From Chrysomallon squamiferum (lineage: Eukaryota > Animalia > Mollusca), in contig CM022665.1 in assembly GCA_012295275.1 (NCBI GenBank), positions 8,370,001 to 8,434,000 on the forward strand: a stretch of 64,000 nt of DNA, given 5' to 3'. Below are positions 54,273-64,000 of the stretch, piece by piece. Both the position numbers and the translations under genes were made by a program. The notes beneath the pieces were generated by a model. The model had not been told where the DNA came from. It saw only the letters and a list, made by a program, of their open reading frames with translations, and made no database searches. The stretch's first letter is position 1, and every line of letters begins with the position of its first letter.

Positions 54273-55412
54273 AACAATATAAATTAATATTAAAATTACT
54301 ATTACAAAAGATCTGTTTCCTGATAAGTGGAGAAAAATAAGGAAAAATCCCAACAAAATGTCATTATTTGAAAAGGACAAATCTGATAAAGACATGTCTA
54401 TTGACCTATCCCCTTCACACAGAAAGGTAAGTAAAGTATTATTTAATTTCATATATAAGTATGCTAGTTATTTTCAATTATACATACTTTATAAGAAGAA
54501 ATGTTGTTGTCTTTAAATATAACTAATTAAAATAAATCTCCATGTCCATGAAAAATTTAAATACCAAAAATAATTTAAATAATGCATTCAGTTAGAAATC
54601 TTTTTAGAACATTTTTACCATCCTTATGCTAAAAATACACCAAAGTAAGTTACAAATGGGATTTACATGATTGAAAAATATTTCCAGTTTAATTGTTAAA
54701 TAAAAATAAAATTAACAAATATAAACTTCCTTTCTTTGACTTCTTTAGGGTTGGTATAAAATCTAATAATTAACAATCACAGTAGCTGCAAATTATATTG
54801 CTAATACTGAAGACAATTAATTTATTATTGGGAAAAAAGCAGATAATAATATCAATACTGCACAAATGGCAATCTGACTGGTGGTTTTATTATCTCTGTA
54901 CATGTATCTTAATTTTTAAAATTTAAAATTTTTTAAAATTATTGTTAAATTTTTATTTTCTATTATTTTCCTTTTTTAAAATTTCTGAAATTCCATTAAC
55001 AGAAAATAAAAAACAAAGAAATACTGAAAAATGTATTTCCATATTCACATAAACCTAAAGATTTTGTTTGTTAAAAGGCAAGTTTTCAGAAGTACAAATG
55101 CAACTTTTAACTATTAGATCATGATTTAGGAGTAATTTTAGCAAAGAATTTTTTTTTTTTTTTTTTAGCAATGCCGTAACAGATTAACACAAACAGAAAA
55201 ATAAATAAGAAATCTACCCTGAGATTATCTCATAAAATGCATAATGTTGCAATGCTAATCACTGCATTTACTAATCCGATCACATACATGATGACATCTG
55301 AGTGATGTGTGTACATAGATAATATAAATATATATAATATATGTATTGCACTAGGCTAATATAGAACATACAAGATATGTGAATAAACAAGCACATGCAC
55401 AACATACTGGAA

Positions 55413-55440
55413 ATATATATATATATATATACACATACAT

Positions 55441-55503
<63 letters not shown>

Positions 55504-55565
55504 TATATATATATATATACACATACATATATATATATATACATATACATATATATGCATATATA
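55413..55565. repeat. Interrupted (TA)n/(CA) microsatellite
   Basis: Long TA run with CA interruptions. It produces the spurious YI-repeat ORFs in the track. Confidence 0.95.
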
Positions 55566-55627
55566 ATGTAAATATAGTTTGTAAGTATTACAACAAACAT
55601 CACGTTACAGATATATAAACTGTAAAC

Positions 55628-55665
<38 letters not shown>

Positions 55666-56258
55666 TGCATAGATACTTTGTGCATAAATATACATTGATT
55701 GTTAAGTAACCAACATGCATAAAATACAAGACAAAATAATAAGTCTGTACATCAATAACCACATTCCATCTGTTCAACAGAGAAATGTTTTTTAACTCAC
55801 ATTTGCCATAGAAAAAAATAATTCAACAAATATTTTAAATCTATAACTAAATCTTCACTCCATTCCCAAAAATCTAAAATCATTTTCCTGATTATTTATA
55901 AAGGTATGATAAAAAGGTTACCAAAAAAAGCTTCCATATTTATTATACTTTTGTTATTTTTTTTTTTTTTAAATAAAAAAAAGAAGTAATAAATAAATAA
56001 ATAAAAAAAAGAAGAAACTGACTATATATATTGCTAATCTATAGTAAGGAGGTATTTGTTAAAAAACAAAAACCTAAAAAAAACAATAATAAATTTGTTT
56101 AGAAATTAAGTAAATAAATAAAATAAACTGTTAGTAAGAAATATGACACTATAGGGATGGATCAGTATTTAAAAATATAACATTCGAGAAGGTAAATTAG
56201 AAGAAAATCCCAACAATCCCAACTTTTAAAAGAAATATTAATTACCTGGCTTAAAACA

Positions 56259-56289
<31 letters not shown>

Positions 56290-58672
56290 TATGAAAATAT
56301 TAAATAAGACAGATTTTATTTAAAACATAATGGTTTCCATGTGTCTAAAAAAATTGGAAAGTAATAGCAATATTTTCAAAATTAAAAGATCTGGTCACGG
56401 AATGCAAGGACACTATTTTCAGGAAAACTGAAGATAATATAATGAAGGTGTACATACAGCATAATGAATTTAAATAGAAAGAGAAAGAGACACACAGAAA
56501 ACAAAACAAAACAAAACTCACTAAAAATAGGACTCAAAAAAAAAAAAAAAAAAAAAATCTCTAATTTTGTGAACAAATATATTCCAATATTCAATGTCTA
56601 GGATTTCTACATTTTTATAGCTGAATTTGTCATCTGTAACAAATTTCATTATGGTATTCAGCTAAATTAAATAATTAATCATGTATAATTTATTTAGAAT
56701 ATTAATTAATAAAAGACTTTATAGACATCAAACTTTCAAAGAATAAGGCATTTTGTCAAAATATTCAAAAAAAAAAAAAAAATTGGTTATATTTAAAAAA
56801 AATACAAATAAATATAGATAAAAATATAAAAAAAATAAATAAATAAAAAATACAAATAAAAATAATAATAAAAAATATAGTCCACTGGAATTCCTATTCA
56901 TAAATTCCATTTTTAAATGTCAGCCATTGTGATAATTCCCTAATTTAGGATCAATCTTTATTTTAAAAATTTCAAGTGAATTTTTTTTTTTCCCCCCACA
57001 CTAGCTTCAGTTTTGGAAAATCCATGTAGTGAAAAACAGTAACAAATATGCCATCAAATATATTTTGGTTTGTTGTTCAAATTTAAAGAACAACAAAGAT
57101 TGGTTACCAATCAGATCTTCTTACCAATCAGATCTATAAAAGTCATTGTATGATTGATACAAATAAAATATGTACTTTGAAATCAAAAATAAATTTTAAA
57201 ATGTCTTATCAACAAGACAGGTAAGTATGGTATGCTTTTACTTTTCCTACAGCAAAAATATAGATATTAAAAATCAAACAACAATAAATGTTCTACAGAA
57301 CGTAAGTTAAGATGAGGGTAATAAAATCATGAATTAAAATTCAGCTATCTTTTTTCTACAATGTGGTTATTTTATTAAATTAATATATTTGAATTCATTA
57401 ATGCAGTTTTTTGTGAAAATAAAAGCCATTAAAGATTTATTTATGTTTAAATATTCTACATATATTTATTTTTAAACAATACTTATGTGATTAAAAACAA
57501 TTAAAAAATCAAATAGTAAATTTTTTTTAAGAAAGAGAATGTGGTTTAAAAAAATAAAAGATAAAAAATAAAAGTATTTGAGCACCATTAGCATTTCAAG
57601 AAAGAAATCTTTTGAATTTGTTCCTTAGGGCTGTACCATTTTCTGTATATTAACTTCTTTTTTTTTTTTTAATCACAGATGTTAAATTACCCCAAAATTA
57701 TTATTATTATTTAAATAATAATAATCAAAACAAAAACAACTCTAAATAAACATCAGCAAAAGTTAAACAGAGTGGGAAGACTTCTAAATTTAAAATTTTT
57801 GAACAGTGTAAAATCTAATAAATGCCAATGAGGTAATACATCATCAGCCATAATATAATAAATGTAATAAAAATGTAATAAGGAAAGTAGCAACAGCTAT
57901 TATGATTCACAAAATCTTGTCATTATGCTAAATGAAGAACAATCAAATCATTGCAAAAAAAACCCCCCAAAAACTAAAAAAGAAAAAAACAAACAATAAA
58001 AACACATTCTCATAATCATATTCAAGTTTACAATATTAAAAATATTAGTATTTTTTCTACAGCTACAAAAATATGCAATTTGTTTTAAACAAACCAAGAA
58101 AACAAATTAGTACACCATATTGGATGGAATGATAACTAAAACTGAATTGAATACATCACTCAGTTTCTCTCACTCACACATTTAGAAAGTAAATGCTCAA
58201 ATTTTTGTGACATTTTTAAATAAAATAAAATTTGCCACTGTATGAATATTTTACAATGCAGGAAAGTGATATCATAATTATACTGGCTTAAGTATAAAAT
58301 TAAATTATGACTTCATGTTAGTTTTAATTCAGTTTATACAACTTTCATATCCACAGGATACTAAACCTTTTAATAGTTACTAAAAGCACTTCAGTGATGC
58401 CATTAAGCACAATAAAAAACATTTAGTGCAGTTTATGATATTCAGTGTTTTTGAAATTTCTTCACACTTTACAGGTTAAATGCATAGCAGATTAATGTTT
58501 CCAATACATAAATGAAAATTTGCTTGTTTAGTAACCTCTGAATATATAGGATAATTGCAATATATTTTTTTCTGATCTATCTACATACAAACATATTCAT
58601 AAACAAATGCATGCATGCACACACACTCATGCTTTCACACATATACAACTGACTTCCGTAGGTATTTTTATA

Positions 58673-61600
58673 CTATTGAGCAATTAGTTCAGGAAAATAC
58701 ATGTACCTATCAAGGGAACCACTGTGAGGCATGTTGCATGCACTAGTCCAAGAAGAGGTAGGGTTTAATGAAGAGCACTCGAAAATCTTCTGGAACTTGT
58801 ACTGTGAACCACGTGATAAAGGCAATGAGCTATCTATGTTGAACTGCTCAGGACAATTCCAGCTATAAGGTCGTGAGGTTTGAAATGTAATCATGGTATC
58901 AGTTTCAGGTAGGTGGTTAATTGACCATCTTCTAGAGTCATCTGAATGGTGTGAATCAATCGACCTGATTGTTGAGGCATCATTGCCACCACATGAACCA
59001 CTTCCGGTGCTGTTGCTGTGCATCAGTGACAAATCATTACACAAGGCTGTGATCAGTGGCAGAGAGTGAGCATGAGACTGGTCACGAATTTCTTCTAATT
59101 CAGGATGTAATCCTTGTCGAGATTTGCCACCTGCACTTGGTTTAGTTTTCTTTGGCTTCACCGAATCAACGTCTAGGTTGGTAGAAAGTTTTGGCTAAAA
59201 GAATAAAAGAGAAATACAAATTAAAGTAAATAAACCATTTTTTTAAAATTAAATACTATATTTGAGTTATAAACTTTTTAGAATTATTATGATAAAAATT
59301 AATTCATGAAATCAAATAATGCTGACAACTTTGTATTTTTTATCACTGGAATCAAGATAACATTTCTCAAACTGAAAATTACTTTTGAGTACCTACAAAT
59401 ATATATTTCTGTTTTTTCAACAATTAAAACTGAATTTAAAAGCAACACTTTTCTGTTCAAAGAATGTTTCTATGTTCAACATTTAAATTTTACTCTACCT
59501 TTGCTGCAACCTCTGAACTATTTTCTTTAAGCAAGATAAGTCCACCTGAGGCTTCACAGGAAGCAGCTGCAGCTCCACAAACCTCTGAGTTAAACACAGT
59601 CTCATTAGGAACCATTATGCTTTGCATGCTGTAAACTGGATCCTCAGGAATTTCTGACACAGATGCCACCTCTGTGAAAGCAGACTGTGGAACATACACT
59701 TCTTGCGCATTCTGCAGTTGCATTTCAACATCTGGCAACATAACAGGTGAAAGTGCAGAGCCAACACTGGTAGCAGGTAGATTGTCTGACAATGTGGTCA
59801 CTCCAGATGAAGAAACAGGCTGCAAGAAAGGGGAAGGTGCAGTGTAGGACATATTCAGACTTGCTTGAATACTGGCATAAGCTGATTCATTTGGGCTGTT
59901 GACTTTCCTCACAGGAACATGTTGTTGTGGTAAATGTTCTTTAGCACCTGCAACTTTCTCAGTGTTCTCATATTCAAGTGGACTGGAATCCAGATGCTTT
60001 TGCAATAATGCCTTCCCATTGTTAAAGCTATCTTTGTGACATGGACTGTGACCTGTTAGTCCTGTCAGCTTTTCTTTCTCCCCAGGGGAAGAAGGGCTGT
60101 GGTAAGCTGGAGCACGATCAGTGTACAGGACTGGTGTCTGTGGCTGCTGTTGAAGTTGTGTGTGATAGCCTCCACTACTTCTGACAGGAGATTTATCACC
60201 AAGTGTAGAACCAGCACTACACAGTGTTGGACTATGTGCACTGGCAGATCGCTTTGTCAGTGGTTTGTATAGTTCTAAAGAATGTGGTGCCAGACCTGGA
60301 CTCCTGGTTACTGGATTCAATGCAGGCTGTTTAAAATCTATAAAAATTAAATATAAAAAAAAAAATATTTAAAAACTTTCGAAAAGCCGTTATTACATTT
60401 CAGTAAATAACAAGTGAAGAATTGGAATGAACTGTAATTTGTTCTAATGTTAATGTCACTATCTGCAATAAGCACAGTGTGTAAAGAAATATCTCATCCA
60501 GTTGGATCAATGAGAAAACTGTCAAAATTTAGGTTAATGGACAATCTAGCAGGAAAGGGTTATTATTGTTTCTTAAAATTAATTCTATTGTAGAATTTGT
60601 ATTTTTTTTTTTTTTAATTCCTAAATAATTGAGTAACATTTACAGGAAGTAATCCTGGACATGGCTAAAGGAAGTATCATGTGCGATATTGTCAGGTGAT
60701 CAGAACTATTAACCAGGCCTGAAATAAATCTATAATAAACAGTGTGTTGACAAAATGTATAAATTTATAAATATTTCAAATTAGTTTGCTAAATGCCAGG
60801 TATTTCTTTTCTTTTTTCCACTGATACATCAAAGGTCTAATTGATTCAGTTTGTATTATTATACTTACTATGCAAGTTACTGGGATGGCAAAACTTTGAT
60901 CGACTTTGAGCTGGTGTTCCCATAAGTGAATAAGGTGGACTATCTATCATTATTTCTTTATGTTCTACAAACAACAATAAAAAAAAAAGGTTGTTGAAAT
61001 AATTTAAGTCATCTCATTAAGAATATTTTATTTTTATTATGTGTTTACATACTTGGAGAGTAATCTCCCCTTCTCTAATGTATAAAATATTTTTTACTTG
61101 ATGCATACTGAGTACTGACTCACTTAAGTGAATATATTTCAAATGTATTAAAAATATGTTTGGCCATCATTATTACTATGCACTCAGTGTCATTGAAAAA
61201 CTCAGCAAAAGAACTGGAATCTATTTTAAATATTAAGGTAATTCACAGTTGCAGTTTCTTTCTTAACACCTTTTATTAGATTTCTTAAAGAAACAATGAC
61301 TTTAATTTGTTAAAAACTGAACTAACATATTATTAAAAAAAGAATTGTTTTTAAGCACTTCAAAGTGAAAAATTAATCTGATATAAACAAACCTTCACTC
61401 TCATCGAAGCTAGGCATTTTATCACTAACTATGCCTGAAGATGTGGCCGAACTTCCATTGCTGATCACAGAGAAACGATTATTTTTGGACTTCTTTGGAC
61501 AGACCTTGGCTCGGTACTGTGATACCACACCATTCGCTACCAAATCATTGGCATCACTGTAAATGTATGATTCTCTGTAACGTCTTTGATCTGGAAATGA

Positions 61601-63497
61601 AATGAAATAATTGAAACGTGTAGTATTTTAACAGCTACTTAGCTATGATTAACATAACTTGAATTCAGTTCAGATTTTTAATTTTCTCTTGTTGTTTTTT
61701 TTTGCAATATTTAGTTCAATATATTAATGTTTCCTTAAAATCAATATTTAAGGCATCTTACAAAGAAAAATGTATTTATCCAAAATGTCAGTACCTTCAG
61801 CATCTAAATGTCTGATTTCCATAAGTTTGGGCTGTATTGCCATCTGGAACATATGTGTGGTTCGACAAAAGTAGAGCAAATACTTTGATTTCTCATCACA
61901 ATCTGTATAGTAAGCAAACTTTCTCCCCTTGTGACGACCAACGAAACGTATCTCAAATTTATTTTTCTGGAAAAAAATATATACATTGTTTATTTATATA
62001 TTTTTTTATTTTAACAAAACATTATTCAACAAAATAAATAAATATATAAAAAATAATAAAATAATATAATTAAGAACAAGAATAATAAAATACTCAAAAG
62101 TGAAAGAGGATGGCAAATATACTCTTTCAAATGGATGAATATTAGGTAACACTTTAGAACAAATAAAATACCACCATTGGGGGTAACTATTAAGTATACA
62201 GAATTAATCGTTGATTAGAAAGTACTTGAAATATGGTAGTAGATATGTAAAAGAAACCAAAAAAAATACTAATCAATATTTTATGTTTTAAAACAGAAAA
62301 GTAAAGATATGATACTTACATCAAAATACAATTTTCCAATATCAGGCCAAGGAAAAGTTGCTATTAAATTTCTCCAGTAGTGGTTTTTCAGGTTCTAGAA
62401 ACAAAAATGATACATTTAAATTATATTTAAATGTAATATGTGTAAATCCTTTTGTTTCCCAAGGTGTTTTTGTTCCCTGAATATGTTCACTTGCTAATTG
62501 TAATAATAACATTCAGACTTACTGGATTATCCACAGTTGTTATCCTTTACAAATGATTACTTTAGATCAGAACAAAATAAGCAGAAAAAAGGAAGAGTTT
62601 CCTAATCATTTCAAACCATATTTAGATGTCCATAATGGACATTTACACTTTCCCAAGATACATGTCATCTATCTTCCACAAAAATAACATTTGTACATTC
62701 TTCATGCATGGACTTTATTCAAATGAGTAACAGTTTAATACTTTGAAATTATAATTAAATCACAAACCTCGTAGACTTGAACTCCTTTAGCACATATAGC
62801 CAACCACATATTGGCAACTTTATCTGTCTTTTTTCTTTTCACTTTGTAAAAATGTAAATTGTGTTCTGATGGTGGACCAGACACTTCACGAATAAACTTA
62901 AGTTCTGCAACATTGCGAGTCATATTGTGAAGATCCTTATGCATTACAGGTGCATTTCTTGTAATAAACTCCAAACCTTTCTCTTTAATTATCTGAGAAT
63001 AATAATTATAATACATGACAAAAATATTCTACCAAAAAAACAAAAGTGCAAGTTGAAAGGTTTTGTTTTGATTCTAAATAGTCCTATCTAATTAGAATTA
63101 ATAGAAGTTCAACAAATAAACCAGGACAAAATAAAATAAAAGAAAGAACTGCATGTGAAAAAATCTTTGAGATTTTGTAAATCTTGTTTTTCCATAAATT
63201 ATTAGAAAACGTTTAACTGAAATGATGTAAAATATTTATGGTCATTCTGATTTAAAAATGCATACAAATGTTACCAAAGTAACAGTTTTTCTTTAAGTAA
63301 AGGTAGTTACCCAGGCAGGAAAGTATTTGCGAGGATCAAAGTATCCATCAGTGTGCTTCTCAGGTATGAAGTTGCCAAAGTCTGCCTGAAGAGTATAGCC
63401 CACTAACTGGAAACATTTCTCTACACTGTAACAGTGTTCATACTGGAGAAAATTCTCTTGCAGTTGAATATAATACAAATGACGAGTTATCTTCTCT
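58673..63497 (-). CDS. FRMD6: FERM-domain protein of the FRMD6 (Willin)/FRMD1/Expanded family, 5'-partial
   Basis: Exons 63497-63311, 62992-62768, 62394-62320, 61966-61795, 61590-61393, 60964-60869, 60337-59499, 59194-58673 join in frame. FERM B/C lobes (LQADFGNF..YFDPRKYFPAWII, FPWPDIGKLYFDKNKFEI, KSKYLLYFCRTTHMFQM) and the post-FERM RYRESYIYSD motif typical of FRMD6/Expanded. Upstream exons lie beyond 64000. Confidence 0.9.
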
Positions 63498-64000
63498 CTG
63501 CATAATATTAAAAAGACACGTATAAAAACTAATAAATAATATAAAATTTTATTAAAATAAAAACAAATATTAAGAAAGGTATATAACACAATTAATGCAT
63601 TCAATAACTTTTCTTAAAAGTATATTTATATCTTAAAAAGGGTAAATAAAATATACTAAATTAAATACTTAAGATTATCTCAACCTTAAGTCATACATAA
63701 GTAAAAAAAAATTTCAGTAAAGTCTTTAATTAGATTAAATCAAACACAATTTGCACTCAAATGTATTTGATACTTCCTACCAAAACAAAAACAAACAAAA
63801 AAAGACCAGAAAAATATTTAATGATCACTGGTGAAGAGAAGTAGACCAAAGACGTCACTGTCTTGGGTACCTGGTGGAGTCAAATGTCAAAACATTTAGA
63901 ATAAAAAAAGTTCTTCTATAATAATCTTATCACAATACATTCCTAAATAACTAAACAACTTTTAGAAACAAAAATCCTAACCTAAAGTATATTCAAGTTC

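Noticed and set aside
55280-55618. YI/IY-repeat ORFs and similar poly-I/Y/F/SL/CV ORFs across the window
   Set aside because: Translations of (TA)n, (TTA)n, poly-T, (CT)n and (GT)n microsatellites.

Overview
AT-rich, intron-rich animal genomic DNA, not prokaryotic. A mollusc-like SOD1 C-terminus and a MetaSINE-like fragment suggest a mollusc, probably a gastropod (inference). I assembled six spliced genes by hand from GT-AG boundaries with phase checks: CEP43/FGFR1OP (+, first exon upstream of the window), Cu/Zn SOD1 (-), GET1/WRB (+, head-to-head with SOD1), lebercilin LCA5 (-, tail-to-tail with GET1), an unrecognised secreted Asp-rich protein (-), and the 3' part of an FRMD6/Expanded-family FERM gene (-). 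There is also a decayed Tc1 transposon, a pogo/mariner-type MITE, SINE fragments and many microsatellites. The most notable observations are: (1) this CEP43 carries an EF-hand pair, and a frame-preserving 27-nt candidate microexon would insert 9 residues into the second Ca2+-binding loop; (2) an orphan secreted protein with poly-Asp and hexa-Tyr tracts, a biomineralisation candidate; (3) GET1-LCA5 microsynteny matching human chr21, with the whole block mapping to the human 6q/21q paralogon. Most short ORFs in the supplied track are microsatellite or low-complexity artefacts. Gene names rest on recalled similarity; no database search was run.
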